Shown here in pieces: positions 40,178-48,832 of a stretch of DNA of 64,000 nt. Made by a program: the position numbers and the translations under genes. Within the stretch, counting starts at the first letter, position 1; each line of letters begins with the position of its first letter. The DNA comes from Thermoplasmata archaeon. Lineage in GTDB: Archaea > Thermoplasmatota > Thermoplasmata > Lutacidiplasmatales > UBA184. The DNA lies in assembly GCA_049300255.1 (NCBI GenBank), contig JBAQJJ010000031.1, positions 20,647 to 84,646 of the forward strand, read 5' to 3'. The notes under the pieces are model-generated. The model was given only the letters and a program-made list of their open reading frames with translations. It was not told the origin of the DNA and ran no database searches.

Positions 40178-42064
40178 GTGGCGAGCACGACCTCCCGGAG
40201 CTGGACTCGCTGGATCGGAGCGAGGCGACGATGGAACACCGCCGATTGGGCGAACGTCTATCGGGATCTGGCTCGCTGGGCCGTGATCGCGATTCCGATC
40301 GGAATCGTCGCCGGACTTGGCGCCGCGCTGTTCTACTATCTCATCGACGTTGTGTCGAACCTTTTCCTCTCCGAGCTTGCCGGACTGACTCTGCCTACGG
40401 AAGGGACCTCCAACCTCGCGCAACTCGTGTGGTCGAGTTCCTTTCCTCGTATACTGGTGGTTCCGGCGATCATGGCCCTGGGAGGCTTAGCCGTCGGGGC
40501 CATTGCCTGGAAGCTCTCTCCGGAGGTGGCTGGCCACGGAACGGACGCGACGATTCGTGCCTTTCACCGCGGAGCGGGAAAGGTGCGCCTGCGCGTACCA
40601 CTGCTCAAAACCCTAGCCAGTGCCCTGACGCTAGGCACCGGGGGTAGCGGGGGCCGCGAAGGTCCGGTCTCCCAGATTGGAGGCGGGTTTGGTTCGACCT
40701 GGGCAGACCTCATGGGCCTCGGGGATCGAGATCGACGAATCGCTCTTGCCACTGGTATGGGCGCCGGAATTGGGGCCATTTTCCGCGCCCCGCTGGGGGG
40801 CGCGGTGTACGGCGCCGAGATTCTCTATACCGGCGATTTCGAACCCGAGGTGTTTGTGCCGGCTATCATCGCCTCGGTGATTGCCTACTCGGTCTATTCC
40901 AGCATCTTTGGATTCCACACTCTTTTCGCGACCCCTGCCTCCCTGGTTAACTATTCATTCGACCCGAGCCGGCTGCCGCTCTATGCGGTGTTGGGAGTGG
41001 TTTGTGGGGCAGTGGGCCTCATGTTCATCACCGTGTATCGCGGGACGGAGACCTGGTTTGCCACTCGCTTGCGGTCCCCCCTCCTTCGTCCGGCGATTGG
41101 GGCGGCCTTAGCCGGAGGAATTTTCCTGGGAGCGTACTTCCTGATCCCCGAGCAGAACCACTTTGCTTCGCTCTCTTCCCTCTCGGTCGGCTACGGATTC
41201 GTTCAGGTCGCCATGCTCGGCCAGTTGGGCCAAGGCAGCTTCACGTTCGAGATCATCGCCGTGCTGCTCGCCGCCGTCTTTCTCCGTTTGGTGATGACGT
41301 CGTTCGTGGTCGGTAGCGGAGGAAGCGCCGGACTTTTCGGCACGAGCGTCGTCGTCGGCGCTCTGTTGGGCACCGTGATTGGGGGCATCTTCCATACCCT
41401 GCTACCCGGGCTGGTCCCTCTCTCGGTCGTCGCCGTCTTTTCGATTGTCGGGATGATGTCGTTTTTCGGGGGCATATCGAAGGCCCCGCTTGGCGTGCTG
41501 ATCATGGTCACGGAGATGGCGGGGAGTTACACCGTTCTCCCGGCCGCCATGTTGTCGATCTTCATTGCCTATGTTGTCACGGGCCGATCGCACATCTACA
41601 GCGAGCAACTGCCGAGCCGGATCCAAAGCCCCGCCCACCTCGACGAGTATCGACGTTACTTCCTCGCCGAGACTCCGATCGGCGCCATCGCGGCTCGAGA
41701 GTCCGAGGCCCTTCCCCCGTCGATGTCCGTGTCGGAGGCGCTCGACTACGCCACGCGTTACGGACGGTCGGCGCTGTCGGTTGAGGCCGACGGCTTTTGG
41801 TGGGGGGCTGTTCGACTGGGTGATCTCTTGGCGGTCCCCAGCGACCAGCGGGAGCGTACTCCCATCGCAGACTTGGTGCGGCCCGTCGAGCTCGTGCTCC
41901 CGAGCGACCTAACGGCGGGGGAGGCGCTTCGTCGAATGGAGGCACAAGGCGTGACAATAGCTGCGGTCATCACCGACGGAGATACTATTCGGATCGGGGG
42001 TCTGGTGACTCGCCATGGCATCAGCAACCCAGAGCTCGAAGCGACGCCTCACGCAGGACGCTGA
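40178..42064 (+). CDS. ClC-family chloride channel with C-terminal CBS pair
   Basis: GTGGSGGREGP and GIGAIFRAPLGGAVYGAEIL resemble ClC selectivity motifs. C-terminal ~140 aa are CBS-like. Confidence 0.75.
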   Translation: MASTTSRSWTRWIGARRRWNTADWANVYRDLARWAVIAIPIGIVAGLGAALFYYLIDVVSNLFLSELAGLTLPTEGTSNLAQLVWSSSFPRILVVPAIMALGGLAVGAIAWKLSPEVAGHGTDATIRAFHRGAGKVRLRVPLLKTLASALTLGTGGSGGREGPVSQIGGGFGSTWADLMGLGDRDRRIALATGMGAGIGAIFRAPLGGAVYGAEILYTGDFEPEVFVPAIIASVIAYSVYSSIFGFHTLFATPASLVNYSFDPSRLPLYAVLGVVCGAVGLMFITVYRGTETWFATRLRSPLLRPAIGAALAGGIFLGAYFLIPEQNHFASLSSLSVGYGFVQVAMLGQLGQGSFTFEIIAVLLAAVFLRLVMTSFVVGSGGSAGLFGTSVVVGALLGTVIGGIFHTLLPGLVPLSVVAVFSIVGMMSFFGGISKAPLGVLIMVTEMAGSYTVLPAAMLSIFIAYVVTGRSHIYSEQLPSRIQSPAHLDEYRRYFLAETPIGAIAARESEALPPSMSVSEALDYATRYGRSALSVEADGFWWGAVRLGDLLAVPSDQRERTPIADLVRPVELVLPSDLTAGEALRRMEAQGVTIAAVITDGDTIRIGGLVTRHGISNPELEATPHAGR

Positions 42065-42186
42065 CCGACGGATTGTATGCCGCGAGCGCGCGTGGCTTCG
42101 AGCTCTTGCGTCGTAGCCGGAGCGACCCCCGCCCCCGATGACGGAGCCCTCATTTGTCCCCGCACTATCCTTCGGCGGGTCTCTCC

Positions 42187-42834
42187 ATGAAGGTTGGAAT
42201 TCTAGGAAGCGGGGATGTGGCGCGGGCGCTGGCGACTGGGTTCGTTACAGCTGGGCACGAGGTCCGGCTCGGGACGCGCCATCCCGAGCAGCCGAAGGTC
42301 GTCGAGTGGGTTCGCGGCTCCGGTGGAAAAGGCGCCACCGCTTCCCCCGCCGAGGCGGCGGCGTACGGGGAACTCGTTGTGTTGGCCGTTCCCGGCATCG
42401 CCGTCCCCGAGGCGGTCCAATCCGCCGGCCCGGCCCACTTCAACGGAAAGGTCGTGATCGACCCCACCAACCCGCTCGCGTTTCGCGAGAACGCCCCTCC
42501 GTCACTCGCGATCAGCGGTACAACCTCTGGAGGCGAGGAACTCCAGAAGTTGCTCCCCCACTCCCGGGTAGTCAAGGCATTCAACATCGTTGGAAACGCC
42601 CACTTCTTCCGACCCAACTTTCCGGGTGGCCCGCCCGATATGTACATTTGCGGGAATGACGCGGGCGCGAAGCAACAGGTCGAACAGCTCCTCCACGCCT
42701 TCGGCTGGCCCTCGGTGATCGACCTCGGAGGGATCGAGGGATCCCGCGAACTCGAATCCCTGTGCATTCTCTGGGTGAAGAGCGCACTCAAGCTCGGGAA
42801 TTGGAATATCGCATTCAAGCTCCTTCGGAAGTAA
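42187..42834 (+). CDS. NADP oxidoreductase, coenzyme F420-dependent family (NpdG-like)
   Basis: MKVGILGSGDVARALATGF...ELVVLAVP. Confidence 0.6.
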   Translation: MKVGILGSGDVARALATGFVTAGHEVRLGTRHPEQPKVVEWVRGSGGKGATASPAEAAAYGELVVLAVPGIAVPEAVQSAGPAHFNGKVVIDPTNPLAFRENAPPSLAISGTTSGGEELQKLLPHSRVVKAFNIVGNAHFFRPNFPGGPPDMYICGNDAGAKQQVEQLLHAFGWPSVIDLGGIEGSRELESLCILWVKSALKLGNWNIAFKLLRK

Positions 42835-42881
42835 AGCGCCCCTGAGTGCAAGGGGGGTCGCGGTCCATTCGTCGACCGACG

Positions 42882-43460
42882 CTACTTAGCCGAAGGACCT
42901 CGAGATGGAGGCGCTGGCGCGAGGCGGGGAGAGTCGGATGCCGGGGCCGTCTCGGGGGGGGACCCTCCCGAGAGACGAAGCAGTAGGGTCCGGAACGTCT
43001 CGAAGTGTCGAATATACGGGTCCGGGCGACGGCGTTCCTCGAGCTCTCCAAGCGCGATCTCGAGTTGCGCTTTGGCCCTTGCATCGCCGGCTTGGGCGCG
43101 AACGAGGTACACGCATAGAAGCTGGTACGCGGGAAGGACATACGCGTCGGGGCGCGGGGTGCTCATGTCCCCCTTGCGAGGGCGGTAGACTCGGTCCAGC
43201 GGAACGGCCGCGGCGAGTGCGCGGCGGTGCGGGAACCCAAGAAAGTGGCCGGGGCCAATAACGCGGGTGAGCTCCTTCACATTGCCCCGAAGGGCATTGG
43301 CCAAGCGGTCGCACTCGAACCAGCACCAGAGACCGAAACCAAAATCTCCCTCGAGATACGCCTCCCACGCGAGGCCGTAAAGGCGGCGTTCCTTTTCCTC
43401 GGCCGACAGCTCGGGCAGTAGCTCCGCGCGCCAATCGGAGATCATGACATCAACGCGCAT
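42882..43460 (-). CDS. hypothetical protein (start ambiguous among Met31/40/47)
   Basis: Non-repetitive ...WEAYLEGDFGFGLWCWFECDRLANAL... A shorter start avoids overlap with the amidohydrolase stop. Confidence 0.35.
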   Translation of the reverse strand: MRVDVMISDWRAELLPELSAEEKERRLYGLAWEAYLEGDFGFGLWCWFECDRLANALRGNVKELTRVIGPGHFLGFPHRRALAAAVPLDRVYRPRKGDMSTPRPDAYVLPAYQLLCVYLVRAQAGDARAKAQLEIALGELEERRRPDPYIRHFETFRTLLLRLSGGSPPETAPASDSPRLAPAPPSRGPSAK

Positions 43461-43543
43461 CGTCGGAGAGAACGCAGTCATCTTCGGCGGGGCGGCAGGA
43501 GTGGCCATCGTCGCCCCGGAGGCGCTGGCACACTTAGCCCCTG

Positions 43544-45115
43544 CTACGTGTTTCTCTCGTGGGCATCGGCGCTGTACACGAGACGACCCTCCTTCCATGT
43601 CGAGGCCACCGGCAACGACCGCGGAGCCACGATGGTCGTGAGTTGCGGCGCGTCCAGCACAACGAAATCCGCGGGATTACCGGCCGCCAATCTACCGAGC
43701 TCGGGCTCTCCCAACACGATACCGCCGAATCGCGTGTAGAGTTGGACCGCCTCCTCGATCGACAGCCGCTCCGAGACCGTCGCATTCGCCGACCGTCCTG
43801 TTTCGTCCGTTCGCACGACCGCGGCGCGTAACCCGGTACTGGGGTCGAAAGATCCGAACGGGGCATCGCTCGAGCCGGCTAGGATGTGCCCGCGGTCGAG
43901 CAACGTCTTGAAAGGATAGGCCCACCGCTGGCGTTCGGGTCCGAGGCGCTGCCCCAGCCACCAATCGGCGAGCACGAAGTCCGGCTGGACGACCAGATGC
44001 GGGCGGAGGCGATCGAGGCGCGAATACATTCCCGGAAGAACCAAGGCCGCATGCTCGATCCGACGCGCGGCGGCTCGAGGCTGCTGCTCGAACGCACCGA
44101 GCGCATGCGCGAGAGCCTGATCCCCGATCGCGTGCACCGCCGACGTCAGGCCCTCAGATTCTATCGCGCCGATCAATTGCGTTAGTTGTTCCTCAGTACG
44201 CACCACTACCCCGCATTCTCCCGGTGCGTCGGCGTACGGTTCGCTCAAACGTGCCGTACGAGCTCCGAACGAGCCATCCGCGAACATCTTCCCTCCTAGG
44301 ATTCGAACTTCGGAATTCTGGGGTCGGTCCCGGAGCGGGCGGGTCGCTTCCCAGGTCGCGCCCGTCAGATAGAATCGCACGCGGGTCGGAAGGGGCCCTT
44401 GTTCGGCGACACGGCGAACGAGGTCGACCTCCTCCACCCCCACATTGAGCGAGGCCACGGTGGTCAGACCCACGCGAGCCGCATCCGCTAGCACTTGGCG
44501 GATGGCGTCTGGGGCGATCGCCAAACTTGGCGCGTCGGATCCGAATATGGGCGACATGGCCGCATCGAAGAGAATGCCGTTGGGTTCGCCGCCCGTTCCG
44601 CGTCCGATTCGACCTCCCGCTGGATCTGGCGTGCCTCGGTCGATCCCAAGCACTTCGAGCACGCGCTGGTTTACCACGGCGACGTGCCCGCAAACCCGAA
44701 ACAGCGCGATTGGCCGCTCGATAGAAATTCGGTCGAGGTCGGCAGACTCGGGATATCGACCTTCGGTGAATCGCTCGTGATCCCATCCCCTTCCGACTAT
44801 CGGCCCTCGTGGATGCTGTTCGGCCCATCGACGGGCACGATCCGTGAGTTCGGCGACGGAACCGGCGGCCCGCAAATCGACGCCCTGTCGATATTGCGCG
44901 ATGTCCATCAGGTGGAGGTGGGCGTCGATCAGTCCGGGAATGACGACCCGGTCATGCAAGTCGTGGAGCGGCGTTCCCGTGGCCTTCTGTCGGCGTACCT
45001 GCGCCTCCGTTCCGGCCTGGACGATCCGACCGCCCTCCACGACGAATCCCTCGACGAAAGCGTCGCCGGTGAACACCCGGCCTCCCACCCAGGCGCCATC
45101 GGTCGATTCGGTCAT
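43544..45115 (-). CDS. amidohydrolase-3 family metal-dependent hydrolase
   Basis: VIPGLIDAHLHL metal-binding HxH motif. 523 aa. Confidence 0.75.
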   Translation of the reverse strand: MTESTDGAWVGGRVFTGDAFVEGFVVEGGRIVQAGTEAQVRRQKATGTPLHDLHDRVVIPGLIDAHLHLMDIAQYRQGVDLRAAGSVAELTDRARRWAEQHPRGPIVGRGWDHERFTEGRYPESADLDRISIERPIALFRVCGHVAVVNQRVLEVLGIDRGTPDPAGGRIGRGTGGEPNGILFDAAMSPIFGSDAPSLAIAPDAIRQVLADAARVGLTTVASLNVGVEEVDLVRRVAEQGPLPTRVRFYLTGATWEATRPLRDRPQNSEVRILGGKMFADGSFGARTARLSEPYADAPGECGVVVRTEEQLTQLIGAIESEGLTSAVHAIGDQALAHALGAFEQQPRAAARRIEHAALVLPGMYSRLDRLRPHLVVQPDFVLADWWLGQRLGPERQRWAYPFKTLLDRGHILAGSSDAPFGSFDPSTGLRAAVVRTDETGRSANATVSERLSIEEAVQLYTRFGGIVLGEPELGRLAAGNPADFVVLDAPQLTTIVAPRSLPVASTWKEGRLVYSADAHERNT

Positions 45116-45216
45116 CCGCTGCTGCGCGAGCTCCTGCTGTGTCGGCGGGGGGGCGAATCATGCCCGGCCCTAATAGGCCCCCGTTGGGGGGCCCAGACGG
45201 CGCGACCCGTTATCGA

Positions 45217-46701
45217 CTAGACATCCAGATACCGGTAGAACTCGTACGGATGCGGGCGCAGGTTGAGTTGCAGCTGCTCCTCCCGCTTGAGCTCGTCGTA
45301 GATCTCGAGCACCGAATTCCCGAAGACGGGCTTCAGGAAGCTGTCGTCGGACTTGAGACAGTCGAGCGCCTCCGTGAGTGAGCCGGGCAGTTCTCGAATA
45401 CCGAGTTCCTTGCGTTGCGCGGGTGTCAGCTTGTAGATATCGTGGTCCACCGGAGGGGGCGGGTCGATCTTCCGGCGAATGCCATCGAGCCCCGCGAGCG
45501 CGAGCGCGGCCTCGGTGAGGTAGATGTTGGCCGCGGAGTCCGGCGTTCGATATTCGAGGCGTTTCGCCGCCGGTCGCCCCTTGAGATAGTACGGCACCCG
45601 CACGTTCGCTGACCGGTTCGCGCGGCTCCAGGCAATGAAGACAGGCGCCTCGTAACCAGGGACGAGCCGACGATAAGAATTGGTCGTCGGGTTCGTGATG
45701 GCGCACAGCGCTCGTGCATGATCCAGAAGTCCGCCGACGTAATATCGGCAGGTCTGGCTGACCTCTGCATAGCTGTCGCTTGCGTCGAAGAAGGAGTTCA
45801 CGCCCCCTGCCCAGAGCGACTGGTTCATGTGCATGCCGATCCCGTTGTCGCCGAACACGGGCTTCGGCATGAACGAGGCAATCTTTCCGTGTTGACGCGC
45901 GACGTTCTTGATCACGAAGCGCACGTCCTGAACGTGGTCGGACGCCGGAATGAGGTCGTCGAATCGGATGTTGATCTCCCCCTGACCGGCCGTCGCCACC
46001 TCGTGGTGGTGGGCGTCCATCCGAATGTGAAAGTTATCGGAGAGAATGTTACAGATCTCGCTGCGCATCCCTTCCAGCACGTCGTACGGCGCGGCGCGAT
46101 GGTAGCCTTCCTTGAATCGGATCGATCCGTGGCCGTCGGCTTCTTGCCACGGTGCTTCGCTACTTTGGATCGAGTACCCGGAGCCCCCCCAGGCGTCGCG
46201 CACGGCATCGGCGGACGGGAGGAGTTTGACCGAATCGAAAACAAAGAACTCGATTTCCGGACCCCAGTACGACCGGTCGTACCCCGCATCGGCCAGCACT
46301 TGAACGGTCCGACGCGCGATCCCTCTCGGGTCATGCGCGTACGGTTCTTTCGACCCACCGACCAATACGTCACAGATGAACCGGGCCGAACCCCCCTGCT
46401 CGGAGCCCCAAGGAATGGTCGCAAACGTGGCGGGATCCGGGCGTAGGATCATGTCGGATTCGTAGATCTCACGAAACCCCCGAACAGAGGAGCCGTCCAA
46501 CTTGGGAACGCCGGTGATGAAGGAGTCCTCTTCCAGCGCCTCCACAGGTATGTGCACGTGGTTGAATCCGCCGAACAAGTCCGTGTAGAACAGTTCGACC
46601 CAGCGAACGTGGGCCTGCGCCAGCTTGTCTAGGATCGATGAACCGCGGGTCGTTTCTTCGGAGTCGGCCGAGGCATCCGCCGGATGAATCGCTTGTGCCA
46701 T
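45217..46701 (-). CDS. glnA: glutamine synthetase
   Basis: 494 aa with GS beta-grasp and catalytic domains. Confidence 0.9.
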   Translation of the reverse strand: MAQAIHPADASADSEETTRGSSILDKLAQAHVRWVELFYTDLFGGFNHVHIPVEALEEDSFITGVPKLDGSSVRGFREIYESDMILRPDPATFATIPWGSEQGGSARFICDVLVGGSKEPYAHDPRGIARRTVQVLADAGYDRSYWGPEIEFFVFDSVKLLPSADAVRDAWGGSGYSIQSSEAPWQEADGHGSIRFKEGYHRAAPYDVLEGMRSEICNILSDNFHIRMDAHHHEVATAGQGEINIRFDDLIPASDHVQDVRFVIKNVARQHGKIASFMPKPVFGDNGIGMHMNQSLWAGGVNSFFDASDSYAEVSQTCRYYVGGLLDHARALCAITNPTTNSYRRLVPGYEAPVFIAWSRANRSANVRVPYYLKGRPAAKRLEYRTPDSAANIYLTEAALALAGLDGIRRKIDPPPPVDHDIYKLTPAQRKELGIRELPGSLTEALDCLKSDDSFLKPVFGNSVLEIYDELKREEQLQLNLRPHPYEFYRYLDV

Positions 46702-46735
46702 TGTTCTCCTTCCTGCTGGGACCGAGCGATCCCGG

Positions 46736-46815
46736 CCATATCTACTCTAGGATAAGAAAACTGGACGTATGGTTGATTTGTTGTCACTTTACGTAATATA
46801 CAGCGGTAGAATGGT
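46736..46815 (+). promoter_or_regulatory. AT-rich divergent promoter region between glnA and lrp
   Basis: tctactctaggataagaaaactggacgtatggttgatttgttgtcactttacgtaatatacagcgg. Confidence 0.4.
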
Positions 46816-46821
46816 CATTCC

Positions 46822-47316
46822 ATGGACCATCCGTCCAGCCTCGACGCCTTGGACCGGCAGATATTGGAGGAATTGAACATCGACGCACGGCGAAGTCACC
46901 GCACGATCGCGCAGCGGCTGAAGGTCTCCCCCACTACCGTCAGCTCGCGGATCACCCGTATGGAACGGGATGGAGTCATTCTAGGCTACCTCCCGCTTCT
47001 CAGCGATGAGCTGCTTGGTTGGGACCTCTGGGCCACCATCGGCATTCGGATCTCCAAGGGCAAGCTGCGCGAGGTGGAGGAGCGGCTCGCGCGCGACCCA
47101 CGGGCGTACGCCATCTACGATGTGACGGGAGACTACGACGCGCTGGTGATCGGTCGTTTCCGGGATCGAAGGGACTTGGACCGATTCGTGAAACACGCGC
47201 TCCAGGATCCCCATGTCGAAAGATCGAACACGCAAGTCGTTCTGAATCGGGTCAAGGAGGACCGCCGCGTTCCCGTGAGCCTTCGCGGGAGCGAACGCGC
47301 GGGCGGAAACGGCTAA
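46822..47316 (+). CDS. lrp: Lrp/AsnC family transcriptional regulator
   Basis: N-terminal HTH LDRQILEELNIDARRSHRTIAQRLKVSPTTVSSRI plus a RAM domain. Confidence 0.8.
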   Translation: MDHPSSLDALDRQILEELNIDARRSHRTIAQRLKVSPTTVSSRITRMERDGVILGYLPLLSDELLGWDLWATIGIRISKGKLREVEERLARDPRAYAIYDVTGDYDALVIGRFRDRRDLDRFVKHALQDPHVERSNTQVVLNRVKEDRRVPVSLRGSERAGGNG

Positions 47317-47355
47317 GTGCTGGGCGGACTCCTTAACGAACCTCGGGGTAGAACG

Positions 47356-48177
47356 ATGGATTGGGGGCTCCAAAATCGGATCGCCCGAATGTTTCCCACG
47401 CAGTCGGGGAACACGGTCATGCTCGCCGTCGACCACGGATATTTCATGGGACCCACCCGGCGGCTGGAAAATGCGCGCGCCACGATTGCCCCCTTGCTGC
47501 CGCACGCAGACGCCTTGGCTCTGACGCGAGGGATTCTCCGGACGTCGGTTCCTCCCTCGACCTCCACACCGATCGTGTTGCGCGTATCGGGCGGCGCGAC
47601 GGTCTTGAAGGATGACCTGAGCGATGAAGCCGTCACCACGTCGATGACCGAGGCCCTCCGATTGAATGTCTGTGCGGTCGCCCTCTCGGTCTTCCTGGGA
47701 TCGCCCCACGAACACGAATCGCTCGTCCACCTTTCCGAACTCGTGGACGATGGCGAGGAGCTCGGCATGCCGGTAATGGCGATTACCGCGGTCGGGAAAG
47801 AGTTGGAGAAGCGGGACGCGCGGTACCTCGCCTTAGCGTGCCGCGTCTCCGCCGAGATCGGTGCGCATTTGGTGAAGACCTATTACTGCGAAGATTTTGA
47901 AAAAGTGGTCGAGGGCTGTCCGGTACCGCTCGTGGTTGCGGGTGGTCCGAAACTCGACAGTGACCTAGCCGCGCTGGAGCTCGCCCATCACGCCATCGCG
48001 GCGGGGGCGCATGGAATCGACATGGGGCGCAATATCTGGCAATCGGACCATCCGGTTGCGATGCTGAAGGGGCTCCGGGCGATCGTCCATGAGAATGCGA
48101 CCGTGCTCGAAGCGATGGATGTCCTCGAAGGGGAGAAACGACGAACGACGAACCCGCTGCGCGCCGCTTCGGCTTGA
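47356..48177 (+). CDS. DhnA-type class I aldolase (fructose-bisphosphate aldolase / ADH synthase family)
   Basis: Start MDWGLQNRIARMF. LAVDHGYFMGP...GAHLVKTYY has a Schiff-base Lys context. Confidence 0.65.
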   Translation: MDWGLQNRIARMFPTQSGNTVMLAVDHGYFMGPTRRLENARATIAPLLPHADALALTRGILRTSVPPSTSTPIVLRVSGGATVLKDDLSDEAVTTSMTEALRLNVCAVALSVFLGSPHEHESLVHLSELVDDGEELGMPVMAITAVGKELEKRDARYLALACRVSAEIGAHLVKTYYCEDFEKVVEGCPVPLVVAGGPKLDSDLAALELAHHAIAAGAHGIDMGRNIWQSDHPVAMLKGLRAIVHENATVLEAMDVLEGEKRRTTNPLRAASA

Positions 48178-48241
48178 GTCGGATTCGGGCCAGATCCCGT
48201 TCGCGGAATACTCATATGGGCCCCGCCGTACGAGGCCCCGA

Positions 48242-48326
48242 GCGGGGATTGCCAAGCTTGGCCAAAGGCGCCAGATTCAGGGTCTGGTCTCGTAGGAGTT
48301 CGTGGGTTCAAATCCCTCTCCCCGCA
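48242..48326 (+). tRNA. tRNA-Leu (anticodon CAG), long variable arm, CCA not encoded
   Basis: GCGGGGA/TCCCCGC acceptor stem, anticodon stem CCAGA/TCTGG with loop TTCAGGG, variable arm TCTCGTAGGAGTTC. The T-arm GTGGG TTCAAAT CCCTC carries one T:T mismatch. Confidence 0.7.
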
Positions 48327-48327
48327 T

Positions 48328-48394
48328 GGAACTCGTAGATGAATCTATCGAAAAAGTGGACGGTATTCGAACCCATGGGCGGTTCAAATCCCCA
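48328..48394 (+). repeat. B repeat, copy 1 (ggaactcgtagatgaatctatcgaaaaagtggacggtattcgaacccatgggcggttcaaatcccc)
   Basis: Near-identical copy at 52328..52395 and a diverged copy at 56490..56545. Ends with a hairpin plus a partial tRNA-Leu 3' core. Confidence 0.7.
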
Positions 48395-48832
48395 GGTCGA
48401 CTCGGTGTAAACTGGGGATCTACTTTCAAGCCGACTTGAGCGATGATGGAAACGAGTCCAACCCCTGACTACGCCACTCCTCTCATGTTCGGTCACACAG
48501 GCGGTTGAAATATCGAAATCGAGAATGTCCTGAGGAACAGGGACTGTAACTCGACGACGGGAAGGTTCCAAGGAGTGAGTTTTGAGCTGATGCTCGCCTT
48601 CGGCAGGAATCGTGAGCCTGCACCGAAACGGCGCGTATAGGCTGGTCTTAGTGATCAGGTTCCATATCTCTCGATGCGTGACCAGTGACGTCGAATGGTC
48701 GGCACTCGCATCGGCCTCGGGCTGCATCGCTCGCCTCTGATCTGAGCCCCGTCCTAAGACCCTCCTTGAGCCGCCCCATAATTTCAGCGCGTCTTACCCA
48801 AATCGATTCGCCATCATGCCTGGGAGATTCAC

